Source: Thermoplasmatota archaeon (GTDB taxonomy: Archaea; Thermoplasmatota; E2; DHVEG-1). From it: DNA of 50,746 nucleotides. How positions within the stretch are numbered: position 1 is the first letter of the stretch; each line of letters starts with the position of its first letter. The position numbers and the translations under genes are program-made. Below are positions 1-9,428 of the stretch, piece by piece. The DNA lies in assembly GCA_041550515.1 (NCBI GenBank), contig JBFEOQ010000005.1, positions 1 to 50,746 on the forward strand. The letters run 5' to 3'. Under the pieces are notes generated by a model. That model saw only the letters and a program-made list of their open reading frames with translations, ran no database searches and had not been told where the DNA came from.

Positions 1-434
1 AATAAGACAAATAAATATTTAAATTTTAGAAAATGAAGGTATTTAAAGGATAAATTAAAAAGTATTATTTTTTAAAAACTATAAATTCTTTTTAGGATAT
101 TAATATGTTACCATCTAGTTGGTTTTAATTTCTTATTACTTATTATCTCCGCCTAAAAAATTTATAATATTGAAAATTTAAAATAAATAACCCAGATAAA
201 GTTTTTTCAAAAAAATAACCTATACATAAGCCAAATATTTTGTTTTTTAATTAATTATTTAAAACAGATTATTATTCACAAAATTGAAATTTGAATAAAA
301 AATAGTAAAAAAGAATAAAAAAAAATAAAATTCAAATATAATAAAATGTAAAATAATGAGGAGTGCCACCATTAATGGTGAATTAATTACATATTAGAAA
401 TTATCTAGCTAAAAATCTTATTTATTTTAATTAT

Positions 435-1331
435 ATGGGGAGTAAAAAACAAATGAAGAAACTTTCAAAAAAAGAAATAATTAAATTAGATTTAATAGCT
501 GTTAGAATAAGAAAACATATAATCGAAATGCTTTATAAGGCAAAATCTGGTCACCCTGGAGGTAGTCTATCTGTCGTTGATGCATTAGTAGCGCTTTATT
601 TTGTACATATGGATCATAATCCTAAAAAGCCAAAGGATCCTAACAGAGATAGATTTATATTAAGTAAAGGTCATGCAGCACCAGCATTATATGCAACGCT
701 TGCAGAAATCGGTTATTTTGATGTTAAAGAACTCGAAAAATTAAGAAAAATTAACTGTATATTACAAGGCCATCCTGTATGTACATATACTCCTGGTGTA
801 GAAGCATCAACTGGATCACTTGGTCATGGTCTTTCTTTTTCAAATGGTATTGCTCTTTCTGGAAAACTTGACAATAAAAATTATAGAGTATATTGTATGA
901 TGGGAGATGGAGAAACAGGCGAAGGACAAGTTTGGGAAGCAGCAGCGGTTGCATCACATTATAAACTAGATAATCTAACAGCGATGATTGATAGAAATTA
1001 TCTTCAAATCGATGGAAATACAGAAGAGGTTTTAAAACTTGAATCTGTGAAAGAAAGGTGGAGTAGCTTTGGTTGGTATACAATAGAGTTAGATGGACAT
1101 AACATTCAAAAAATTTTAGAAGCATTAGAAAAAGCAGAGAACAATAAAAATAAACCAACTATAATAATACTAAATACAATAAAGGGGAAAGGTGTAAGTT
1201 TTATGGAAAACAATGTAGATTTTCATGGTGTACCACCAAATCAGATGGAACGAAACATAGCAATAGAAGAACTAACACAACTTGAGAAAGAATTAGGAGC
1301 AAAATTAAATGAGCAGCAAACTAATGTTTAA
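435..1331 (+). CDS. Transketolase, N-terminal (thiamine-diphosphate-binding) subunit
   Basis: 298-aa ORF with SGHPGGSLS and MGDGETGEGQVWEA motifs typical of the transketolase N-terminal half. It is followed by an overlapping ORF for the C-terminal half, the split arrangement common in archaea. Confidence 0.9.
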   Translation: MGSKKQMKKLSKKEIIKLDLIAVRIRKHIIEMLYKAKSGHPGGSLSVVDALVALYFVHMDHNPKKPKDPNRDRFILSKGHAAPALYATLAEIGYFDVKELEKLRKINCILQGHPVCTYTPGVEASTGSLGHGLSFSNGIALSGKLDNKNYRVYCMMGDGETGEGQVWEAAAVASHYKLDNLTAMIDRNYLQIDGNTEEVLKLESVKERWSSFGWYTIELDGHNIQKILEALEKAENNKNKPTIIILNTIKGKGVSFMENNVDFHGVPPNQMERNIAIEELTQLEKELGAKLNEQQTNV

Positions 1332-2259
1332 TCCAAGAAACGCATATGGTCAAGCACTGGTGGAATTAGGTGAAAAATATAAAAACCTAGTAGTATTAGA
1401 TGCAGATCTTTCAAAATCTACAAAAACAATTATGTTTGCAAAAAAATATCCTGAACGTTTCTTTGAAATGGGAATAGCTGAAGCGAATATGATAAGTACA
1501 GCAGCAGGTCTTGCAAGTTGCGGAAAAATACCTTTTGTAAGTACATTTGCAGTATTTGCAACAGGTCGAGTATACGATCAAATCCGAATGGATATCGCAT
1601 ATTCAAGAGCAAATGTAAAAATCTTTGCAACACATGGTGGAATTAGTGTAGGGGAAGATGGTGCAAGTCACCAAATGATTGAAGATATTGCCCTTATGAG
1701 AGCCTTACCAAATATGACAGTTCTTTCACCAAGTGATGCAATTCAAACAAAAAAAATCGTGTATCTAATGGCTCAAAACAAAGGTCCTATTTATGCAAGA
1801 GTTGGAAGAGCAGATGCACCAGTTATATACTCAGAAAAAGAACTTCAAAAATTAAAAATTGGTAAAGGAATACTAGTTGAAGGAGGAAAAGATATAACTT
1901 TTATTGCCACAGGTACAATGGTTGAACCAGCACTTGAAGCAAGAAAGATACTTAACAAACGTGGGATATCTGCTAGAGTTATTGATATGCATACAATAAA
2001 ACCACTAGATGAAAATCTTGTACTAAAATGTGCAAGAGAAACCAACGCTATTATAACTGCAGAAGAACATTCAATAATAGGTGGCCTTGGTGCAGCAGTT
2101 GCAGAAATACTTGCAGAAAAAAATATCAAAACTATGTTTTATAGAATGGGAATCAGAGATGTATTTTGTGAAAGTGGATCACCTGCAGAGCTTTGGGAAA
2201 AATATGAGTTAAATGAAAAACATATGGTGAAAAGGGCACAAAATATTTTAAAAAAATAA
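1309..2259 (+). CDS. Transketolase, C-terminal (pyrimidine-binding) subunit
   Basis: 316-aa ORF with FEMGIAEANM and HGGISVGEDGASHQ motifs. It overlaps the upstream tkt half by 23 nt. An internal Met at 1324 is an alternative start. Confidence 0.9.
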   Translation: MSSKLMFNPRNAYGQALVELGEKYKNLVVLDADLSKSTKTIMFAKKYPERFFEMGIAEANMISTAAGLASCGKIPFVSTFAVFATGRVYDQIRMDIAYSRANVKIFATHGGISVGEDGASHQMIEDIALMRALPNMTVLSPSDAIQTKKIVYLMAQNKGPIYARVGRADAPVIYSEKELQKLKIGKGILVEGGKDITFIATGTMVEPALEARKILNKRGISARVIDMHTIKPLDENLVLKCARETNAIITAEEHSIIGGLGAAVAEILAEKNIKTMFYRMGIRDVFCESGSPAELWEKYELNEKHMVKRAQNILKK

Positions 2260-2264
2260 ATATT

Positions 2265-3377
2265 CTATTTAGTTACAACAATAGTTAATATATCTCCATC
2301 TTTTAAAATATGTTCAAAACCAACTTTTTGAATATTATGCTTAGCACTAGGACCTGATACATTTGCATAACGAAATTTATCTTTAAACGTTCTATGAAGT
2401 TTACGACAAGCGTCTTCAACAGTATTGCCTTGCTTTAAGATTAATGGTTCTTCCATATCAACTTTTTTACCAACGGGTTTCATAAAAATACGAATAAGAT
2501 TTAATTCCTTAAAAATAATTTTTCTAAGTTCCTTGAGTCCTGAACCTTTAGAAGCTGATATACCAATAACCCTCCAGCCTCTAGCCTTAATCCTATCAAT
2601 CTGATTCTGAAGGGCTTTAGAACTAATTAAATCAATTTTGTTTATAATAACAATTGCTGAAACGTAAACACGATTCTCAACAAAAATATCAATAAGTTGA
2701 TCCTCACTTATATCCTCACGAATTATAATATCTGCATTAATTACATATTCAGAGGCAATAGATTTTATCAGCTCTACATCCAGAAAAGAAAGTTTAACAG
2801 TTGAATAAACATTAATACCACCGTATCCTGTTTTTTTAACAACAACATCTGGACGAGAATGATTCAGTCTAAGACCTGCATTATAAAGTTCATTAGCCAT
2901 AAGTTCAAGATGATAAGGATGCTCTGCATCAATCATAAATAAAATTAGGTCTGAGTTTCTAACTGCAGATAAAACCTCACGACCACGGCCTTTACCCTTA
3001 GAGGCACCACTTATAAGACCTGGAAGATCAAAAATCTGAATCTTAGCACCATTATAATACATCATCCCTGGAATCACATCAAGAGTTGTAAAATCATAGG
3101 AACCAACACGACTTTCAGCACTCGTAAGTTGGTTTAAAAGAGTACTTTTTCCAATACTTGGAAATCCTACTAAACCAATAGTTGCATCACCTTGTTTTTT
3201 TATTGAAAAACCCTTTCCTTTTACACCGGTACTTTTACGTTTATCAACTTCTTGTTTGAGTCTAGCAATCTTAGCTTTAAGTTTACCAATATGATGTTCT
3301 GTAGCTTTATTTTTCTGAGTGTTAAAGATTTCGTCTTCAATTTTTTTAATTTGTTCTTCAATATCTGATGTATCCAT
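2265..3377 (-). CDS. DRG-family (developmentally regulated) GTP-binding protein with C-terminal TGS-like domain
   Basis: 370 aa. N-terminal coiled region, G1 GFPSIGKSTLLN, G3 DLPG and G4 NKID motifs. The C-terminal end (DGDILTIVV) resembles a TGS domain. Confidence 0.85.
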   Translation of the reverse strand: MDTSDIEEQIKKIEDEIFNTQKNKATEHHIGKLKAKIARLKQEVDKRKSTGVKGKGFSIKKQGDATIGLVGFPSIGKSTLLNQLTSAESRVGSYDFTTLDVIPGMMYYNGAKIQIFDLPGLISGASKGKGRGREVLSAVRNSDLILFMIDAEHPYHLELMANELYNAGLRLNHSRPDVVVKKTGYGGINVYSTVKLSFLDVELIKSIASEYVINADIIIREDISEDQLIDIFVENRVYVSAIVIINKIDLISSKALQNQIDRIKARGWRVIGISASKGSGLKELRKIIFKELNLIRIFMKPVGKKVDMEEPLILKQGNTVEDACRKLHRTFKDKFRYANVSGPSAKHNIQKVGFEHILKDGDILTIVVTK

Positions 3378-3443
3378 GATAGTTAGAACCCCAAATACAA
3401 AAGTTATAATAAAAACTATTCCTAATAAAAAATTTTGATAAAA

Positions 3444-4379
3444 TTATTTAAAAATCTGAGTTCCTGTTTTACCTTTGAAAGCTTCGTAACCCTTGTTAAC
3501 ATGTGAGATTATTACTTTATTACCATTAGATTCTAAAAACCTAATTGCAGCAAGTATCTTCGGACCCATACTTCCCTCTGGAAAATGTCCTTCATTATAA
3601 AATTTTTTAATATCTGTTAAACTAACTTTTTTAAGTTTCTTTTCCCTGGGTTGTTTATATTTTAAATAAACATATTCAACATTTGTAAGAATCATCAATA
3701 TTTTTGCATTAATTTGTTCAGCTAAGCGTTCAGAAGCAAGATCCTTATCAATTACCGCTTCAAGACCATCAAGACCCCAGCCTTCTTTTTCAATAACAGG
3801 CATGCCACCACCGCCTGAAGCTATAACTAAAATATCATCATCAAGCATTTTATTTATTATCTCACCTTCAACAATACTCTTAGGATCAGGACTAGGAACT
3901 ACAATCCTCCAACCTTCCTTAAATTTTTTAACCTTATAACCTTCTGCTATAATATCCGCTACCTCGTCATCATCATAATAAAGACCAATAGGTTTAGTAG
4001 GATTTTTAAAAGAAATATCATCCTCATCAACTAAGACTTGAGTAATTAATGTAACAACGGAACGAGAAATACCTTCGTTTTTTAAAGCATTAGAAAGACA
4101 TTGCTGGATCATATAACCTAAAAAACCTTCACTTTCTGCAACACAAATGCCAAGAGGCATTGGAGGTGTAATATCACGAGCAATATCATTTTGAATAAGT
4201 ATTGCTCCAACTTGCGGACCATTGCCATGGGTAATAACTACATCCCAACCGTCTTTAATAATTTTAACAATATGTTTCATAACATCTCGAGTATTTGCAA
4301 ATTGCTCTGATATAGTTCCCTCTTGATCTTTATGGATAAGTGAATTTCCGCCAAGTGCTATTACTACTTTTTTTCTCAT
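3444..4379 (-). CDS. arcC: Carbamate kinase
   Basis: 311 aa. IALGGNSL and THGNGPQVG signatures of the amino-acid kinase fold and carbamate kinase family. Confidence 0.88.
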   Translation of the reverse strand: MRKKVVIALGGNSLIHKDQEGTISEQFANTRDVMKHIVKIIKDGWDVVITHGNGPQVGAILIQNDIARDITPPMPLGICVAESEGFLGYMIQQCLSNALKNEGISRSVVTLITQVLVDEDDISFKNPTKPIGLYYDDDEVADIIAEGYKVKKFKEGWRIVVPSPDPKSIVEGEIINKMLDDDILVIASGGGGMPVIEKEGWGLDGLEAVIDKDLASERLAEQINAKILMILTNVEYVYLKYKQPREKKLKKVSLTDIKKFYNEGHFPEGSMGPKILAAIRFLESNGNKVIISHVNKGYEAFKGKTGTQIFK

Positions 4380-4441
4380 AAAACAAATAGAGGAAACAAA
4401 ATAAATATATAAAAAAGAATGCTATAAAAGAGTAAGTTACT

Positions 4442-5083
4442 ATGATTCCAGAAATTAAAAGAAAAAACCTAGTAGATATGCTAAAAAACCAAGGTAGAAT
4501 AAAAACAAAAGAAATTGAGAAAGCATTTTTAGAAGTTCCTCGGGAAAAATTTATTCCAAAAATTTTTGAAAAACATGCATATTCAGATACACCTCTAGAA
4601 ATAGGTAACGGGCAAACAATATCTGCACCACATATGATAGCAATAATGTGTGAAGATCTTGATCTAAAAAAAGGACAAAAAATACTAGAGATAGGAACAG
4701 GTTCAGGGTATCATGCAGCAATAGTGGCAAAAATAATTGCACCTAACGGTCATATATACTCAATTGAAAGGCATAAAAATCTTGCAGATAAGGCGATACA
4801 AAACCTAAAAAATGCAAAAATAAAAAATGTGAGTGTGGAGATAGGTGATGGTTCAGAAGGATTTAAAGAATATTCACCATACGATAGAATATATGTAACT
4901 TGCGCAGCACCAATTATACCACCACCATTAATCCAACAATTGAACGACCCGGGTAAAATGCTGATACCAGTTGGCAGTACAATATGTACTCTATATCTTT
5001 TAGAAAAAAATAAAGGAAAAATTAAAAAAGAAAATCATGGTGGATGTGTTTTTGTTCCTCTAATAGGTAAATATGGTCACTAA
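4442..5083 (+). CDS. pcm: Protein-L-isoaspartate O-methyltransferase
   Basis: 213 aa. GQTISAPHM followed by the SAM-binding EIGTGSGYHAA motif. Length and order match Pcm. Confidence 0.9.
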   Translation: MIPEIKRKNLVDMLKNQGRIKTKEIEKAFLEVPREKFIPKIFEKHAYSDTPLEIGNGQTISAPHMIAIMCEDLDLKKGQKILEIGTGSGYHAAIVAKIIAPNGHIYSIERHKNLADKAIQNLKNAKIKNVSVEIGDGSEGFKEYSPYDRIYVTCAAPIIPPPLIQQLNDPGKMLIPVGSTICTLYLLEKNKGKIKKENHGGCVFVPLIGKYGH

Positions 5084-5586
5084 AGTTTATATCCAATATC
5101 GCGTAAAAATTTTTTACGCCATATAAAATCCTCTTCGTTTTCAATACCTTTAGGGCTAAAACCGTCTAGTACACCTAGAACACCACGACTTATAACGTTA
5201 CTTTCATTTATTGTTTCTGCAATTATAACTTGTGTAGGGTTTGCTGTAGCGCAGTAAATATTACAAACCTCAGGAACATTTTTTATTGTATTTAAAACAC
5301 TTAATGGATAACAGTTTTTCATAAAGATTATAAAACTATGACCGGCACTAATAGCAAGAGCATTTTTTTCTGCAAGTTTTTTTAATTCATCATCATTTCC
5401 CTCAACTCTAACTTTACATGCACCACTTGCTTCACAAAAAGCAACTGCAAACTTTGCAGACGGAGCATTATTAACCATAGCCTCATAAAGATTTTCAACA
5501 GATTTTATAAAATGAGTTTGGCCAAGAATAAAATTTATTTCATCTGGTTTTTCTATTCTGACAGTTTTAATTTCAATATCTCCCAT
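5080..5586 (-). CDS. Conserved archaeal protein, probable adenosine-specific kinase family (PAE2307-like)
   Basis: 168-aa ORF. My recollection of the family pattern (FAVAFCEASG..., AGHSF, CATANP) suggests the Pfam adenosine-specific-kinase family. Not verifiable here. Confidence 0.45.
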   Translation of the reverse strand: MGDIEIKTVRIEKPDEINFILGQTHFIKSVENLYEAMVNNAPSAKFAVAFCEASGACKVRVEGNDDELKKLAEKNALAISAGHSFIIFMKNCYPLSVLNTIKNVPEVCNIYCATANPTQVIIAETINESNVISRGVLGVLDGFSPKGIENEEDFIWRKKFLRDIGYKL

Positions 5587-5743
5587 AACAATCTCATTTC
5601 TCCTAAAAACTAATTTTATTAGAAAAATAGATTGTATTATTTAAAATATTTTATTTTAAAATAAAGAAATTATGTATAATAAAACACATATCACCGGCTC
5701 AAGAAAATATAGATAATATCATAAAAAAAAAATAGGATAAGAA

Positions 5744-5926
5744 TTATTTTCTTGTATAAAACTTACTCCAACGAACACGACGAGGTATACGTTTTAAGTC
5801 AAGCATGTTTACCTGACATTTAAGTTTACAAAAATAAAAAACAGTACCATCTTTTTTAGCATAGATTTTACCAGTACCTGGTTCAATTTCCTCACCACAA
5901 AATGAACATTTACGTCTTTCAACCAT
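5744..5926 (-). CDS. rpl24e: 50S ribosomal protein L24e
   Basis: 60 aa. CSFCGEEIEPGTG...FCKLKC zinc-ribbon pattern of eL24. Lies in the conserved L7Ae-S28e-L24e cluster. Confidence 0.9.
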   Translation of the reverse strand: MVERRKCSFCGEEIEPGTGKIYAKKDGTVFYFCKLKCQVNMLDLKRIPRRVRWSKFYTRK

Positions 5927-5937
5927 AAACTCAACCT

Positions 5938-6150
5938 CTAACGTGGTCCACCAAGTCTTCTTGCTTCTCTTTGTGTTTCACCAAGCATTAATATATCACC
6001 AAGTTGAACTGGACCTATAACATTTCGAGTAATAATTTTACCTTTATCAATTCCATCAAGTACTCTTATTTTTACTTGTGATGCTTCACCAGCCATACCG
6101 GTACGATCGATTATTTCTACCACTTCACAAGGTGTTCCTTCTACAGTCAT
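5938..6150 (-). CDS. rps28e: 30S ribosomal protein S28e
   Basis: 70 aa. The [25 protein letters not shown] signature is typical of eS28. Confidence 0.9.
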   Translation of the reverse strand: MTVEGTPCEVVEIIDRTGMAGEASQVKIRVLDGIDKGKIITRNVIGPVQLGDILMLGETQREARRLGGPR

Positions 6151-6162
6151 ACTTTATCACTA

Positions 6163-6534
6163 TTACTTTTTAATTTTAAGTGGTTCAATCTTTTTAACAA
6201 GAGTTTCAATCCCTGCTTTGTCTTTTCCAGGATTGGTAATTGCCACTGCTGCAGTACCAACCTTTAAACCCGCAGCGCTACCTAACTCATCCTTGCTTGG
6301 AACGTATGAATAAGGCGTATTTTTTTCTTCACATAAAATTGGCATATGAGCAAGTATTTCCTCAGGTGTTATATCTTCTGCCATTACTACTAGTTTTGCC
6401 TGTCCTCGTTCCACTTGTTTGGTGACTTCATTTGCTCCTTTACTGATTTTGCCACTATCTCGAGCTTTTTCTACAAGATCATAGGCTAAATCTTGAATTT
6501 CTTTTGGTGTTTGAAATTTTACATACATTGGCAT
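6163..6534 (-). CDS. rpl7ae: 50S ribosomal protein L7Ae (K-turn binding protein)
   Basis: 123 aa. The KGANEVTKQVERGQAKLVVMAEDI..P motif is diagnostic of L7Ae/eL8. Confidence 0.92.
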   Translation of the reverse strand: MPMYVKFQTPKEIQDLAYDLVEKARDSGKISKGANEVTKQVERGQAKLVVMAEDITPEEILAHMPILCEEKNTPYSYVPSKDELGSAAGLKVGTAAVAITNPGKDKAGIETLVKKIEPLKIKK

Positions 6535-6642
6535 ATTTTTAGCCCCCTTATATTTAAGCTTTCATTGAGTTTTATTTTCTAGATATGTAAAGCACTTGAA
6601 TACAGGTCTATTATAAAAAGGTTATTCAAATAAAATACATCT

Positions 6643-7755
6643 TCAAGTTAAAGGTATTTTTTCTACTTCCAGTCTATCCGCAGTTGGATATTCTTCAACA
6701 ATGAAACATTCAAAAAAATTTTTTTTAAAAAAATTTAAATTTTTCTCTAAAATCCAAATAGCAAGTTCAATTCTTTTTTTATCAATATCGATGTTTATAT
6801 ATTTTTTTTGGATTTTTAAAGATTTAATTAATAAACTATAAATTTCATCTAAAGATTTATTTTTTGAAACAATTATTCCCTTAAGAAGTGTTCCATCATC
6901 TGTAATTATATCACCACTTCTTGCTATATTTATTGCACGTCTTTTAATGCGGTTTCTAAGTTGAATACCATCTTTAAAAGAAGACGAACAATAATGAACC
7001 CCTATTTCAAAATCAGCATTATTTATTTTTTTTATAACATTATATGCAGTTTGTTGACTATATTTTACTGCTGATGATATATCATCTTTTACATTAAAAC
7101 CCCTATTGTTTAACTTTAAAACATTTGTCTCTGAAAATTCTAGTTCATTTAGATTAATCCAGGACACATAATTTTCATCAGCCCATTTAATAAGTGAAAA
7201 AATATCTTCTTCAAAACCTGGAATTACAGGTATTTCAAATGCTACATCACAATCAAGCGATATCGCTTTTTTTATATATTTATTAAAGGGAATATTTTGC
7301 ATTTTTTTCCAATATATCAACATTGGATGAAAACGTATTTCATTTAAACCTAATGTCACAAGTTCATTGATATATTCACCATTTTTTAAACCTGAAGTAT
7401 AAAGATGAATATGAAAATCTTTACCAAACTCATTTTTTAAAAGAGATATATATTTTTTGGTTCTTTTCCATTTAATTAATGGGTCTCCACCAGTAATACC
7501 TGCTCCCTTTGCATTAATATATTCTGCTTCTTGTAATAATTTTTGTGTATCATTTTCAGTAGATAATTCCCATTCATCAACGAAAATTTTATCTTTTCCA
7601 TTTTTTTTTTCACTTAAAGGACAATAAAAACATAATGCAGGGCATAATCCTGTTATAAGTAACACCATTTTTGAGCCCTCTGCGCACATTGAACATGCAG
7701 GTGATAGAGGCTCTATATATCTACTTTCATTTAACCAATTTACAATTTTACCCAT
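6643..7755 (-). CDS. Radical SAM domain protein (pyruvate formate-lyase-activase-related, function unknown)
   Basis: 370 aa. CPALCFYCP contains a CX3CX2C cluster motif. An upstream CSMC pair and a GGDPL glycine-rich SAM motif are also present. Confidence 0.75.
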   Translation of the reverse strand: MGKIVNWLNESRYIEPLSPACSMCAEGSKMVLLITGLCPALCFYCPLSEKKNGKDKIFVDEWELSTENDTQKLLQEAEYINAKGAGITGGDPLIKWKRTKKYISLLKNEFGKDFHIHLYTSGLKNGEYINELVTLGLNEIRFHPMLIYWKKMQNIPFNKYIKKAISLDCDVAFEIPVIPGFEEDIFSLIKWADENYVSWINLNELEFSETNVLKLNNRGFNVKDDISSAVKYSQQTAYNVIKKINNADFEIGVHYCSSSFKDGIQLRNRIKRRAINIARSGDIITDDGTLLKGIIVSKNKSLDEIYSLLIKSLKIQKKYINIDIDKKRIELAIWILEKNLNFFKKNFFECFIVEEYPTADRLEVEKIPLT

Positions 7756-7759
7756 TCAT

Positions 7760-8416
7760 TTACTCCAATCCACATGAAGTTATAGCAAAAGAAGTTGTCT
7801 TTCCTTCAGGTTGAGATCTATGTTTCATAATCATAGCGTTTCTTTTTCCAATACCTATTTTTTCAAGTTTAATACTGGTTTTAATTATATGTTCTGTCTC
7901 ACGATGAGTAAAAGGTTTTATTTCACCATTTTTATCAGTATATACTTGTTCAGATATAAGAATAAAAATATCTTTTTTTCTTGCAGCCATTTGCATACAA
8001 CCCATTTGTCTTAAAAAAGAACGCATGGTCGCATCTTTATCTTCTTCAAGATTCATCCTATAAAAAAGATTAAAAGTATCAACAACTAATAGCTCAAGAT
8101 CGCTAATATTAGTTGCTTTTTTGATCATTTGTTCTTGACAATCAAAAGAATCGGGTGTAAAAAACATTATATCAGTAAGGATTTTTTTAAAATTATATTC
8201 TTTTTTACAGATTTGATTTATTCTTTCAATTGAAACACCTTCACTATCAATAAACGCAACCTTTTTACCTTTACTTGCACATTCGCGAGTAGCTTGTAAA
8301 CAGAGATTCGATTTACCACTACCTGCTTCTCCATAAACTTCGGTTATAACACCACTTTCAATTCCTCCACCTAAAAGATTATCAAGAGGTTTACAATTAA
8401 GTTCAAGATATTTCAT
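7760..8416 (-). CDS. radB: DNA repair and recombination protein RadB
   Basis: 218 aa. LLGGGIESGVITEVYGEAGSGKSNLC Walker A in RecA/RadA-fold context. The short length, with no N-terminal HhH domain, fits RadB. Confidence 0.85.
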   Translation of the reverse strand: MKYLELNCKPLDNLLGGGIESGVITEVYGEAGSGKSNLCLQATRECASKGKKVAFIDSEGVSIERINQICKKEYNFKKILTDIMFFTPDSFDCQEQMIKKATNISDLELLVVDTFNLFYRMNLEEDKDATMRSFLRQMGCMQMAARKKDIFILISEQVYTDKNGEIKPFTHRETEHIIKTSIKLEKIGIGKRNAMIMKHRSQPEGKTTSFAITSCGLE

Positions 8417-8475
8417 TTTACTAATATTAGGTCAGTGTCAATTCAAATAAAAACTTTTTTAAAATACTCTTTGGA

Positions 8476-9390
8476 TTAATCTAATCTTTTTTTTAGAATG
8501 CATACCTTACATAACTTTTGACTAGTTGGTTCACCACAAATCATGCATTTATCTAGATTTATAGGAGGATATTTTTCTAAAAGTATATCTTTAATAGATT
8601 CATAACTATTAAGAATACTATGACGTGTTCCAGGGGTTTGATACTCAAGAGTATCAATTATATTTCTAAAACTACCACGTAATGCTCTATTAGAATATGG
8701 ACATTCAGCGTCATAAAAATGTAGATTTTTTAGAACTGCATAAAGCATATTTTCTTTTTCAGGAATACTACGTAATGGCATTATACGAGGAATAAGTCCA
8801 GGCTGAACTTTTTTATGAGGACCAAGTCGTGCTAATTTTTTAATATCACTATTAACAAAATTCATTAGAATAGACTGAGTTATATCATCAAGGTTATGAC
8901 CAGTTGCAAGTTTTGTAACACCAAATTGCTTTGCTTTTTGATTCAAACACAGTCTCCTAAAAACACCACAATAGCTACATTCTCCTAATTTATCATTTTT
9001 TTTAGCTATCTCATCCATTGTAAATCCTATTTTATCTTTGAAAGATATAACATATGATTCAATATCTAAAAGTTTACAGTTATATTTAACATATTTTATA
9101 CTTTTATCTCTATACCCTCTAATTCCTTCATCAACTGTTATACAAATAATTTCTATATCAGGTCTTTTTGAAAAAATTTCATGCATTATATGAAGAGTAG
9201 CAATACTATCTTTACCACCTGATACAGCTATACCAATCTTAGTAGAACTCTTGGTTTTCCCTTGTTTTTTTAAATCTTTTTTAATTCTTTTTTCAAAATA
9301 TTCAATAAAATGATCGCTGCATAGATGCGTACCATTATATCTTATATAGGTAATCGCTGGTTTCTTACATTTACTACACTTCTTACTCAT
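8476..9390 (-). CDS. TtuA/Ncs6-family tRNA 2-thiolation PP-loop ATPase
   Basis: 304 aa. N- and C-terminal CxxC...C zinc fingers flank the SGGKDS PP-loop and an ATGHNLDD motif. Confidence 0.8.
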   Translation of the reverse strand: MSKKCSKCKKPAITYIRYNGTHLCSDHFIEYFEKRIKKDLKKQGKTKSSTKIGIAVSGGKDSIATLHIMHEIFSKRPDIEIICITVDEGIRGYRDKSIKYVKYNCKLLDIESYVISFKDKIGFTMDEIAKKNDKLGECSYCGVFRRLCLNQKAKQFGVTKLATGHNLDDITQSILMNFVNSDIKKLARLGPHKKVQPGLIPRIMPLRSIPEKENMLYAVLKNLHFYDAECPYSNRALRGSFRNIIDTLEYQTPGTRHSILNSYESIKDILLEKYPPINLDKCMICGEPTSQKLCKVCILKKRLD

Positions 9391-9428
9391 TTTAATAAAA
9401 CAGCTAATAAATACAAAATAAAAAAAGG

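Noticed and set aside
751-2129. Minus-strand ORFs 751..1158, 1430..1633 and 1845..2129 inside the transketolase genes
   Set aside because: They are antisense to ORFs with unmistakable transketolase motifs. Their products are low-complexity and Leu/Phe-rich, as expected from reading AT-rich coding DNA backwards.
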